DNA of 64,000 bases from Myxococcales bacterium. GTDB lineage: Bacteria > Myxococcota_A > Polyangia > Polyangiales > DASUME01. Positions 38,515-47,587 of the stretch are shown here, piece after piece. Both the position numbers and the translations under genes were made by a program. Under the pieces are notes generated by a model that saw only the letters and a program-made list of their open reading frames with translations, was not told the origin of the DNA and searched no databases. Every line of letters begins with the position of its first letter. The stretch's first letter is position 1. The stretch lies in contig JASGJH010000001.1 in assembly GCA_047601445.1 (NCBI GenBank), positions 1,344,001 through 1,408,000 on the forward strand, in the 5' to 3' direction.

Positions 38515-40809
38515 ATGGCTCGATTCGTCAGACCCGTCTGTTTCCTGTGGGCACTATCTGCCGCTGCGTGCAGTGGCGATCACTTGCTCGCGAGTCGAGG
38601 CGATGTCGACGCGGGAGACCACGCCCCCACCGGCCCTGGTGGAGACGCAAGCACTCAGCCACCCGTCGTTTGCACCTCGACCATGGAGACCGAGACTGCA
38701 TGCACCGACGGTCTCGACGACGACTGCGACGGCTTCAGCGACTGCCTCGACACCGACTGCGATGGCGTGAGCTGCGGCGCGGACGACCTGACCTGCACCG
38801 CAGGGGCTTGTCTTCACCCGAGCGACGGTCTGCCCGAGCTGCCGCGCATCGACAACGTGCGCATCACGCAGCGCGGAGATACCGCCATCATCGAATTCGA
38901 GCCCGTGGCCGGTGCGCGCGACTACCGTATCTACCCACTCCCCAAGACGGGCGATGAAGTGCTGACCGGCACGCAGGGTGAGCTGGTAGTGAAGAACGCC
39001 ATCTATCGTTGCGCTGGCGATCGACCGTTCAAGTGGCGCAAGGACGACCCGGCCACGGCCTTCGACGCCTCCTTGAAGGGTGGCGCCAATCTCGTGAACA
39101 ACTACGAGCGTCAGGAAGCCGACTCGCTCCTCGGCTACGTCTACCTCACCCCGGGTGCCGACCGCGAACCCGTTTATCGGGTGTCGGATCCCGCAGGCCA
39201 CGGCGGCTTTCAGAATGCCGACTGGGTGGTGCCACTCACCTCCGAGTGCTTCAGCGCGGAGTATGTGATCGGTAGCGACGCCAAGGACGCACTCGTCGCC
39301 AAGGGCTGGCGCGATGACGGCATCGCGTTCTACGCGCCCACTGCCGGGACCAAGCCGGTCTATCGCAAGGAGTACAAGGACCTCTGGAACGGTCCCCACG
39401 TGACGCTCTACTTCACCGAAGGTGCGGAGTTCACCTATCGCGGCATGGAAGATCCCGCGATCGTGACGGGCTTCGGCGAGCGCTTCCGCATCTTCCCCGA
39501 CGCGCAGCCCGGAACCGTTCCGCTGCGTCGCGTGCTGTACAGCGGCAACAACTCCTTCGACGTATTGGCAGCGGGCGAGCCGCGCTACCAGCGCGTCTTG
39601 AATCAGGGCAATCAACCACTTTGGTCCCTCACCTGGCCAGGGCTCACGGAGAAGACCGTGTTGGTCGTCGAGGCCCTCGATCAGGGCTGCCCCTTTCCCA
39701 ACGGCTACATCGCTTCCCACGACGCTCCCAAGGACGACTTCAATTTCCCCTCGCTGTCCCTCGACAAGGCGCGCCTGGCGAGCGGCGAGGTGTTCATCAA
39801 CGGACAGTTCGACCCCGCCAACCGTCCGAAGCCCGTGGCCCGTGCCTACGTCGAAGTCACGCCCAAGCCCGACCCGGACATGGACTGGTTCGAGGGCTTC
39901 GATCCCGGGGCGCCCTGGGAGCCCTTCGAAATCGCATCCGGCAACAACGGCGTGTTCATCTACCGCAACAGCAAGTGGGCCGCCGACTTTTCCGGGTGCA
40001 GCAACAACCTCACCTTCGGCCCCTTCTTGGGTCAGCTCTGGTCCGGCTTCACCGACTTCGGCTCGAGCTGCAACATGAGCATCATCCCGCTCGACGTCGC
40101 GCCGAAGATCGCCAACGACAAGTTCATGCACGTGCGCATGTCGACCACGGTTCCCTCCACGGGCCGTCGCTACCCGCAGCTCATGATCACCACCACGGAC
40201 GTGCTCAATCCGGGCGATGTGCAGCCACTCGACAGCGTACCGCTGCATGCCCGCCTCGGACCGTTTTCCTTCGACATGAAGCCGCCGGGAGACGAACGCA
40301 CGATCGTCGTGCAGCCGTTTGGCGGCTATCACGAGCTGGAGATCGAGTTCTGCGACGGCACCGGGTGGGGCGTATCTCAGCAGTGTCCGCGCGCCAACAT
40401 CTACGGCCATCACGCTGGCGACTACACGGAGACCTGGGAGAGTCCGTGGCTGCCCGTCCCGGTCGTGGGTGACCTCGCCGGTTTCGATCGGCCCGTGCAG
40501 TTCGATGTCTACGCCTCCACCGACCGCGTCTATGTTTTCATGGACGACAAGCCCGCCGGCTGCGCGGTGCTTCCGGCCGGACGCATGCCTGCCGGCGACG
40601 TGAATGTCGCGTTCCGGGGCGTGCTCTACCACTCGGGCATCGATGAATCGGTCGTCGGTGAGGACTCACCTCATCAGTACCTGCGTCGCTACAGCCTCTC
40701 TCATATCGACCGCCCGATGGACGACCTCGGCATCGACATGGGCGTGGATGCGCCGGCCTGGAACGAGCAGCTCCTGCCATGCGGCACACGCTGGTACGGT
40801 GGACCGTAG
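38515..40809 (+). CDS. Large lipoprotein: Asp/Cys repeat, DUF5648-like segment, C-terminal jelly-roll-like domain
   Basis: Lipobox AAAC; CTDGLDDDCDGFSDCLDTDC; PVYR and GWRDDGIAFY. Confidence 0.78.
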   Translation: MARFVRPVCFLWALSAAACSGDHLLASRGDVDAGDHAPTGPGGDASTQPPVVCTSTMETETACTDGLDDDCDGFSDCLDTDCDGVSCGADDLTCTAGACLHPSDGLPELPRIDNVRITQRGDTAIIEFEPVAGARDYRIYPLPKTGDEVLTGTQGELVVKNAIYRCAGDRPFKWRKDDPATAFDASLKGGANLVNNYERQEADSLLGYVYLTPGADREPVYRVSDPAGHGGFQNADWVVPLTSECFSAEYVIGSDAKDALVAKGWRDDGIAFYAPTAGTKPVYRKEYKDLWNGPHVTLYFTEGAEFTYRGMEDPAIVTGFGERFRIFPDAQPGTVPLRRVLYSGNNSFDVLAAGEPRYQRVLNQGNQPLWSLTWPGLTEKTVLVVEALDQGCPFPNGYIASHDAPKDDFNFPSLSLDKARLASGEVFINGQFDPANRPKPVARAYVEVTPKPDPDMDWFEGFDPGAPWEPFEIASGNNGVFIYRNSKWAADFSGCSNNLTFGPFLGQLWSGFTDFGSSCNMSIIPLDVAPKIANDKFMHVRMSTTVPSTGRRYPQLMITTTDVLNPGDVQPLDSVPLHARLGPFSFDMKPPGDERTIVVQPFGGYHELEIEFCDGTGWGVSQQCPRANIYGHHAGDYTETWESPWLPVPVVGDLAGFDRPVQFDVYASTDRVYVFMDDKPAGCAVLPAGRMPAGDVNVAFRGVLYHSGIDESVVGEDSPHQYLRRYSLSHIDRPMDDLGIDMGVDAPAWNEQLLPCGTRWYGGP

Positions 40810-40821
40810 GGGCCCGCGGCC

Positions 40822-42234
40822 ATGCTGCTACGTCGCATCGTCCTGCTGCTTCTCGTGTTGGCTGCCTGCGAGGGCGCTTCGCACGGGGAGCTCCTCGACG
40901 CGAACCAAACGGTAGAGGCCGGCGCGGACGACGCGAGCGCAACCGATGCAGCGCTCCCGCTGATCACGACCGAGCAGTGGGCGACCCTGCAAACCCTTCG
41001 CTACGACGACGGCGCTCCCCCGCCCGACCCTAGCAATCGCTTCGCCGACGACCCTGCGGCCGCGCGCTTCGGTCGGACCCTGTTCTTCGATCCCAGCCTG
41101 TCGGGTCCCTTGATCGAAGCGGACAACGATGGCGGCCCCGCCACGCTCGGCAAGCAAGGCGAGGCCGGCCGCGTCAGCTGCGCAGGCTGTCACGTTCCGA
41201 GTGCACACTTCGTGGATACGCGGAGCCCCCACCGCTCGATTTCGCTCGCTGCCCAGTGGACCCGTCGTCGCACGCCGACGTTGCTCGAGATCGCCTTCGC
41301 ACCTCTGTACAACTGGGATGGTCGTCGTGACTCCATCTGGGGCCAGGCCTTGGGCGTAATGGAGAGCGAGAATGAGTTCAACTCCGGGCGCTTGTTCGTC
41401 GCACAGCAAATCTTTCGCCTGCATCGCGCCAGCTACGAGGCGCTGTTTGGTCCCTTGCCACCTCTCGATGACAGCGAGCGTTTCCCCGCGCTGGCGAGCG
41501 AGCAGGCCGGATGCGCGGAGAAGCTGACCTCATCGGGTTCCGTTCACATTTGTCACGGCCGACCCGGCGATGGTGACGAGTACGACGGCATGAGTGCAGG
41601 GGATCGAGACCTGGTTACGCGCGTAGCCGTCAACGTAGCCAAGGCCATGGCAGCCTATGTACGCCAGCTACGCTGCGGACCGGGGCGCTTCGACAGCTGG
41701 CTTGCCGGTGCGGACGACGCGCTCGACGCGAGCGAACAGCGAGGGGCCGCACTCTTCGTCGGTCGCGGACAGTGCGTGAGTTGTCACTCTGGCCCTCGGT
41801 TCACGGACGGCCAATTCCACAACGCCGGGCTCGCACCCGCGCTGGTTGCCGTGGCGTTCGTGGACGCGGACGATCGGGGTGCTGCCGAAGGCCTGGCTCA
41901 GCTCCTCGCCGATCCACTCAACACGCGGGGCGCCTATAGTGACGGCGAGCGCGCCGTACTGCCTGCGACGCTCGGGCCCAACCTCGAGGGGGGCTTTCGA
42001 ACCCCCACCTTGCGCTGCATCGCAGAGCAACCGAGCTTTATGCATACCGGGCAACTCAAGACACTGGAGCAGGTCGTCGCGTTTCATGACCGCGGTGGCG
42101 ACGGCATGGGAAACTATCCGGGACAGAACGAGTTGAAGCCGCTCGGGCTGAGTGAGGGTGAGCAAAGTGACCTGGCTGCATTCCTGCGCACGTTGCAAGG
42201 TGCGGGGCCTGAGAGCGCGCTGTTGGTGCCTTGA
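40822..42234 (+). CDS. Di-heme cytochrome c peroxidase / MauG-family lipoprotein (atypical)
   Basis: Lipobox LAAC; GRTLFFDPSLS, CAGCH, WDGR, RGAALF, CVSCH, FRTPTLR, FMHTG. Confidence 0.9.
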   Translation: MLLRRIVLLLLVLAACEGASHGELLDANQTVEAGADDASATDAALPLITTEQWATLQTLRYDDGAPPPDPSNRFADDPAAARFGRTLFFDPSLSGPLIEADNDGGPATLGKQGEAGRVSCAGCHVPSAHFVDTRSPHRSISLAAQWTRRRTPTLLEIAFAPLYNWDGRRDSIWGQALGVMESENEFNSGRLFVAQQIFRLHRASYEALFGPLPPLDDSERFPALASEQAGCAEKLTSSGSVHICHGRPGDGDEYDGMSAGDRDLVTRVAVNVAKAMAAYVRQLRCGPGRFDSWLAGADDALDASEQRGAALFVGRGQCVSCHSGPRFTDGQFHNAGLAPALVAVAFVDADDRGAAEGLAQLLADPLNTRGAYSDGERAVLPATLGPNLEGGFRTPTLRCIAEQPSFMHTGQLKTLEQVVAFHDRGGDGMGNYPGQNELKPLGLSEGEQSDLAAFLRTLQGAGPESALLVP

Positions 42235-42277
42235 GAGTCGACAGTCACGGCTGGAGCGCTGAATTCGCCTCGAGCCA

Positions 42278-43426
42278 TCAACCGGTCCGCGCAGCTGGCA
42301 CGGCCCGGCTCCCACGCACCAGCGGCACCACTTCTTCGCCCACGTGAAACGCTTCCTCGAGGGCAGGCGTGCTCGATAGGATGAAGCCGCGCACGCCCAT
42401 TTGAAGGAAGCCGTCGATCACCTCGGCAGCTTGCTCGTAGCTGCCCACGAAGCCGAGCGGCGATCCCTGGCTACCGAGGGTACCGAAGCCGGCCCAAAGG
42501 CCCTCTACGATCAGGTCGTCGACGCTTTGCCCGCGCTTTGGCGGCGCGCGGAACGACCCGACGGCGTCCCCGCCCCTGCCGGCCCGTTCACGCGCTTCCT
42601 GGGCATCCCAGTCCACCGCAGCCCAGGCGCGGCGCACGACGTTCCACGCTTCTTCGGGGGTCCGTCTGGCGATGATGTTGAAGCGGACGGCTGGCTTCAC
42701 GTCCCGACCGTCCTTCGACGCCAGCTCCTTCACCCGGGCGAACTTGATGCGCAGCTTCTCGCGCGGTTCGAGATGACTCAAGTCGAAGTCGGCGTGCTTG
42801 CCCTGAGCCGCGAGTGCGGCGTCCGAGGATCCGACGAAGTAGAGCTCGGGCCAGACTTGTCCCGCCAGAGGCGGCAAGAGCTCCGCATTCTCTACCTGAT
42901 AGAACTTGCCGTGATAGCTGAAGCGTCCCCCATTCCAGACGCCCTTGAACACATCCAGGAACTCGGTGGTGCGTAGGTAGCGGTCGTCGTGTGCGATGCG
43001 GTCACCCCACCAGAGCTGCTGCGGCCCACCGCCACCGGTGATGATGTTGAACAGCAAGCGTCCATTCGAGAGTCGCTGCAGACTGGCCGAAGCCCGCGCA
43101 GCATGCAGCGGATCAAACCACATCGGTTGGTACGCGATCATGAAGCGCAAGGTCTTCGTGTAGCGCGCGATCGCCGACGCGATGACCCAGGGGTCCTCGG
43201 AGTCCGGGAACGAGGGGATCAGGGCGCCGTCAAAGCCGCTGACCTCGGCAGCGCGAGCCACCTCCAACATGTAGTCGTGGTAGGGCACGCCGTCGGACTC
43301 TCCGCGAGCATAACCAGGCGTGAGGTTCCCTTCACGCGCTGGGCCCCAGCTGCCGCGCGTGTAGCCGCCCTTCGAAAGGTCGCCCTTGCATCCATGGATC
43401 GGGATGCGCCAATGAAACTGGACCAT
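42278..43426 (-). CDS. LLM-class flavin-dependent monooxygenase (SsuD-like)
   Basis: ARAAEVSGFDGALIP, DPWVIAS, LSNGRLLFNIITG, RYLRTTEFL, GKFYQVE, FILS...LEEA. Confidence 0.9.
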   Translation of the reverse strand: MVQFHWRIPIHGCKGDLSKGGYTRGSWGPAREGNLTPGYARGESDGVPYHDYMLEVARAAEVSGFDGALIPSFPDSEDPWVIASAIARYTKTLRFMIAYQPMWFDPLHAARASASLQRLSNGRLLFNIITGGGGPQQLWWGDRIAHDDRYLRTTEFLDVFKGVWNGGRFSYHGKFYQVENAELLPPLAGQVWPELYFVGSSDAALAAQGKHADFDLSHLEPREKLRIKFARVKELASKDGRDVKPAVRFNIIARRTPEEAWNVVRRAWAAVDWDAQEARERAGRGGDAVGSFRAPPKRGQSVDDLIVEGLWAGFGTLGSQGSPLGFVGSYEQAAEVIDGFLQMGVRGFILSSTPALEEAFHVGEEVVPLVRGSRAVPAARTG

Positions 43427-43436
43427 ACGATGCTCC

Positions 43437-44546
43437 TTAGCCCGCCAACTTGGTGGCAGCGTGTCGCCGGTGGATGACCGGCACGAGGTGCTCTCCCAGT
43501 CGGTATGCTTCCTCGATGTAAGGATTGGCGCCGAGCACGAGGCTCCTGACGCCGAGCGCCAGGTAGTCGTCGATGGCCGTCGCCACCTCCGAGAATGAAC
43601 CAACAAGACCGTTGGTGGCCCCAGACTGGAGTGCCCCGAACCCAGACCACAGCGGCTTTCCGACCTTCGTCTGCGCGAACGAGGTTGGGATTCCGGTCAC
43701 GCCTTCGGCGATCGCAATCGTCTTCGCGTTACGCCCTTCCCATGCGCGTTCGGCTTCCGCCCAGGCTTCCTCGCTCGAATGCCGCGCGAGCACGTTCCCA
43801 TCGATTCCGACCGCCACGCGGCGACCATGCTCGGAGGCCAGTTGCTGCAAGCGCTGACTCAGCGCTCGGATCTCGTGCACCGACGCCAGCGGAAAGACGT
43901 GAACATCAGCGTGCCGTGCCGAGAGAGCGAGTGCCTCCTCGCTGGTCCCAGAGAGATAGACTCTCGGCAACGTCTGCCCCTGCAAAGCGGGGGCAAAGCC
44001 ACCATTCTCGACCTCGTAGTACTTGCCTGCATAGCTGAACGGCGCCGCGTTCCAGAAGCCCTTGGCCACGTCCAGGAATTCCGCGCTCCGGGCGACGTAC
44101 TCGGACTCCGAGAACTTGCGACCATGCCACGGCTGCGACTCATGGTCCGCGCGTGTGTTCAAGTGCCACGCGAGGCGGTTGCCGGAGAGGCGCTGAAAGC
44201 TGTTCGCGATTTTGGTGGCGTAGACGGCCGACAGCAGCGGGGCTCGTAGGCTGGTGACGAAGCGCAGGTTGCGCGCCTCACGCGCCAGCGAGCCCGCAAC
44301 GATCAGCGGGTCCTCTCCACCGGCGCTGTCGGGGATCCACAGGCCATCGAAGCCGTTGAGCTCCGCCCCACGAGCGATCTGGAGCAACAAGTCGTAGTAG
44401 TTGTAGCCATCGCGCGGAGCCCCGGTGCGAGCGAAAGGATGTGGTTCCCTACGCGTCCGCGAGTAGTCCCCACGTTGCCAGTGCTCGGAGTCGATCGCAC
44501 GCCCATCCCCTTGGGTGGGCAGGCGCCAAAGGATCTCGAGTGTCAT
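43437..44546 (-). CDS. LLM-class flavin-dependent monooxygenase (SsuD-like, divergent)
   Basis: WRLPTQGDGR, ARGAELNGFDG, LSGNRL, GKYYEVE, LVGSFSEVA, PYIEEAYR. Confidence 0.88.
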   Translation of the reverse strand: MTLEILWRLPTQGDGRAIDSEHWQRGDYSRTRREPHPFARTGAPRDGYNYYDLLLQIARGAELNGFDGLWIPDSAGGEDPLIVAGSLAREARNLRFVTSLRAPLLSAVYATKIANSFQRLSGNRLAWHLNTRADHESQPWHGRKFSESEYVARSAEFLDVAKGFWNAAPFSYAGKYYEVENGGFAPALQGQTLPRVYLSGTSEEALALSARHADVHVFPLASVHEIRALSQRLQQLASEHGRRVAVGIDGNVLARHSSEEAWAEAERAWEGRNAKTIAIAEGVTGIPTSFAQTKVGKPLWSGFGALQSGATNGLVGSFSEVATAIDDYLALGVRSLVLGANPYIEEAYRLGEHLVPVIHRRHAATKLAG

Positions 44547-44743
44547 GCGTCCATTCTCCGTTCTCGGCTCTGCACGTCGGCTCCCGCCGCTGGGCACGGC
44601 CGCATGAAAGAACACAGGTCTCGCATACTAGACACTCGTCTTCAAACCGAGCACGCGAAAAAGGCGCCCCCCAGCATCAAGCCCCTCGCCGCGCCGATCC
44701 CCCAGCACCGCGACCTGGGCGGGCGCTCCCTCGCCCGATCCGA

Positions 44744-45694
44744 CTATGGCTCGGCAGGTGCGGCCGCCGAGACGAAGCCGATGCTGCGTAGAAAGTGCTC
44801 CTGCACGACGTAAGCCTCCTGCTCGGCCTGCGGATCCGGGTCGAGGCTGCTGCGTTGGTCGTCGAGCCGGCGCGTGAGCAGATGGCCGAGTCTGGGAAAG
44901 GAGACCAGCACGCAAAGAGTGCCCGTGGACCGAACGGCCTCGCAGAAGGCTTCTGCACTCGCCTGCCGGGTGACCGAGTCTTCGACGCCTGTGATCAAGA
45001 GCGTTGGCGGGCCTTCGGGTTTGACGTTGCGGAGCGGCGAGTAACGTGAAACGTCGACGGTCTCGCCGATGAGCTTGCGAAATTGGATCGACCGCTCCGG
45101 ATCGATGCCGCCAGAGACCAGCAGCAGCGCATTAGGGGCCCCACTGAACTCTTCCTCGCCCGTCTCTGGACACCCGGCCGTAGCCGCCGTCGCGACTAGA
45201 TGCCCCCCTGCAGAAGCACCCCAGCCAGCGACCTGATTGGGATCAACCTTCAGCTCGGCGGCGTGCTGCCGTACCCAACGGAAAGCCGCGCACGCATCTG
45301 CCAACGCGTCGAGCGGTGTCAGGCCGTCCTTGGAGAGCCGATACTGAACGGGAATCGCCACCAATCCAAGCCCGGAAAACTGCTTTGCCAGCCCGAACAA
45401 CCACTCGGGTCTGCCACGAGTCCAGCCTCCGCTGTGGAAGAGCAGCACGGCTGCGCTAGGTCGCACTCCGGGGGACGGCCGAAAGACGTAGAGCCTGAGC
45501 GCGGTCCCAGCGCGCTCGATGTACCGGTACGTCTGGTACTCGTGCGACTCGGCATCCGCTTCCGCCACATGCGGCGCGTCGAAGTCCTGTGCGATCCGAG
45601 GGTGCACCCGCTGTACAGCCCCTGGCGCGGCGCTGCGGACACACCCCGTGAACCACGCCGATGCCACCAAGACCGCGAACCAGCGCTGGACCAT
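44744..45694 (-). CDS. Alpha/beta hydrolase (esterase) lipoprotein
   Basis: Lipobox FTGC; HSGGW oxyanion motif, GASAGGH nucleophile, PTLLITGVEDSV, GH. Confidence 0.85.
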   Translation of the reverse strand: MVQRWFAVLVASAWFTGCVRSAAPGAVQRVHPRIAQDFDAPHVAEADAESHEYQTYRYIERAGTALRLYVFRPSPGVRPSAAVLLFHSGGWTRGRPEWLFGLAKQFSGLGLVAIPVQYRLSKDGLTPLDALADACAAFRWVRQHAAELKVDPNQVAGWGASAGGHLVATAATAGCPETGEEEFSGAPNALLLVSGGIDPERSIQFRKLIGETVDVSRYSPLRNVKPEGPPTLLITGVEDSVTRQASAEAFCEAVRSTGTLCVLVSFPRLGHLLTRRLDDQRSSLDPDPQAEQEAYVVQEHFLRSIGFVSAAAPAEP

Positions 45695-45715
45695 GACAAG
45701 CTGCCCCAACAGCGC

Positions 45716-46774
45716 TCAAGCGGCAACAGAGTTGCCGCTTGCTGCGGCCAGGCGGCGCTGCGCCTCCTCGAGCGGACGACGGTCAATCCAGCCGTCGTAG
45801 TCGAAGTCGCGATCGAGGAAGCCGTGCACGAGCTGGAAGTCTTTCTGCTGACGAAACAGCTCGACTCGTTCGGATGAGAGGTCTGGTGCCAGTGCGAGAT
45901 GGAAGCTCGCCCGGTAGGCCGCCTCGACACCTGCACTGTTGGCGCGCGTCTCGCCCTCGAGGACGTTGCGCACGCCCTCGAGGTTTTCCTTTGCCCACTC
46001 GGCGGCGCGCAGCGTCTGCGTCAAGAACCGCACCAAAAGCTCGAAGTGATTCTCGAGGAGCTCTTCGTGCACGGTGATGGGGCGTGGCGTGCCGTTGTTC
46101 ACGCGGAAGCGGCGCTCGGGCAGCTGATCGAGATCGATCCCCACGTGAAGGCCGCGCTGGAGAGCGGTCTCGGCTGCGGCTGCGCCTTTCACGTAGAGAC
46201 CCTCCACCTCGCCGCGCTCGAGGGCGTCGAAGGCCCCAAACCAGTTGCTCCCTGCGCGCTGACGGCCCAAGCCTCGACTCGGCTCCTCGGCGTCATGGAC
46301 CTCCACGAGCTTGACGTCATCGAGGGTCAGCCCGACCGAGCGCAGGGCCCCGTGGTAGCCCGCAAGGCTCATTCCTCGCGCGATGCTCCGTCCGCGGGTA
46401 TTGGCGGCAAGGTCTTCCTGACGAAATGCTGGCAGAGCGAGCCGCCTGCCCTTGAGTTGGCCTGGCGTGCGGAGATCGGAGTCCGGACGGACGATGATGG
46501 ACTGTGCTTCGTCGATCCATGTGAGGCCGACGAGGCGGGTCGGAGCCCCCTGTGCTCGCGCGGGCAACGCGAGCAAATTGCCGCCCTCGCGCACGAGGGT
46601 CGGGAGTTGGTGATCATAGTGATGTCGCGCGAGATCACCGCCGACCTCTTGCAACGTTTTGACGCGAATCCCATCCGGCTTGAACTCTTCCTCGAGCCAG
46701 CCGAGCCGATAGGCGAGACCGGTGGCGGTGGGAACGGGGCAACGCGTGAACCAAAGCGTATCGATTGAGGCCAT
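45716..46774 (-). CDS. DszB-like (desulfinase / SsuA-fold) protein without signal peptide
   Basis: WFTRCPVPTA (DszB Cys27-like), HYDH, REGGN (Arg70/Gly73-like), LKGRRLALP, NNGTPRPITV. Confidence 0.78.
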   Translation of the reverse strand: MASIDTLWFTRCPVPTATGLAYRLGWLEEEFKPDGIRVKTLQEVGGDLARHHYDHQLPTLVREGGNLLALPARAQGAPTRLVGLTWIDEAQSIIVRPDSDLRTPGQLKGRRLALPAFRQEDLAANTRGRSIARGMSLAGYHGALRSVGLTLDDVKLVEVHDAEEPSRGLGRQRAGSNWFGAFDALERGEVEGLYVKGAAAAETALQRGLHVGIDLDQLPERRFRVNNGTPRPITVHEELLENHFELLVRFLTQTLRAAEWAKENLEGVRNVLEGETRANSAGVEAAYRASFHLALAPDLSSERVELFRQQKDFQLVHGFLDRDFDYDGWIDRRPLEEAQRRLAAASGNSVAA

Positions 46775-46894
46775 GGGAGCTCCCTCTCCTGACAAAACGT
46801 CGAGGCTTGCTGGGCCTCTCACCGCGTACGAGTCTCTTTCGATAGACACAATGTCACCCGGCGGGCTGTGCCGCCCGCGGGCAACCAAGGGCAC

Positions 46895-47587
46895 TCATTC
46901 GGCGGCGTCGGCCGTGGGGGCGAACGCGCGAGCGTAGGACTTGCCCTTCTCCACCAATCCAGTCCGCGACCACTGCACCTCGAGCGCGCCTTCCGTGTAC
47001 TCCTTCGCGCCACCAATCTGCTCGGCAATCGCTTGGATCTTCGCGCCCTCCTCGATGAGCAGGATGAGCTCGGCAGTCTTCAGGATCCCGCGCCCCCAAA
47101 AGTTGGCACCGCCATTCGACTCGAGGAGTCCGGGGGGTGGAGCGAGGTCCGGATACGTGTCCAGGCGCTCGCGAATGATGTCGAGCTGGCTACGTCGCCG
47201 CTCGAGATGATTGGGAATCTCGCGAGCCAGCAGGAAGCGCTGCGGTGCGACGTAGCGGATGGGAAATGCCTTTTGCGCGAGCGACCACGCCGCGAGGTTT
47301 GGCGTGTGCGCGTGGACCACGGTGTCGGCATCGAGGCGCTTTTCCGACAAGATGTGGTCGGCGGGGAAGTCCGTCAGAGTCGCCTTGGCCTCGCGATCTC
47401 TCGACCACGGCGGCGGAAAGCTGATCGAGAGGAGCTTTTCGTGACCGGCGACCTTGTGCTGAAAACCGAAGCCGATGTGGCTCGCGGTGAGGGTTCCCGT
47501 CTCGCGCAGGAAGCCGTACGCAAAAATTGCGTCGCGCTTGGCCTGATCAATGTATTCGTGCAGTTCGTCGGCTTGCGGCTTTGCCAT
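46895..47587 (-). CDS. Class II aldolase/adducin family protein
   Basis: DTVVHAHTP, GLLESNGG-x-FWG, LIEEGAKIQ. Confidence 0.75.
   Translation of the reverse strand: MAKPQADELHEYIDQAKRDAIFAYGFLRETGTLTASHIGFGFQHKVAGHEKLLSISFPPPWSRDREAKATLTDFPADHILSEKRLDADTVVHAHTPNLAAWSLAQKAFPIRYVAPQRFLLAREIPNHLERRRSQLDIIRERLDTYPDLAPPPGLLESNGGANFWGRGILKTAELILLIEEGAKIQAIAEQIGGAKEYTEGALEVQWSRTGLVEKGKSYARAFAPTADAAE

Noticed and set aside
45716..46774. Calling this an ABC transporter substrate-binding protein
   Set aside because: No signal peptide or lipobox, no permease or ATPase neighbours, and DszB-type catalytic motifs are retained
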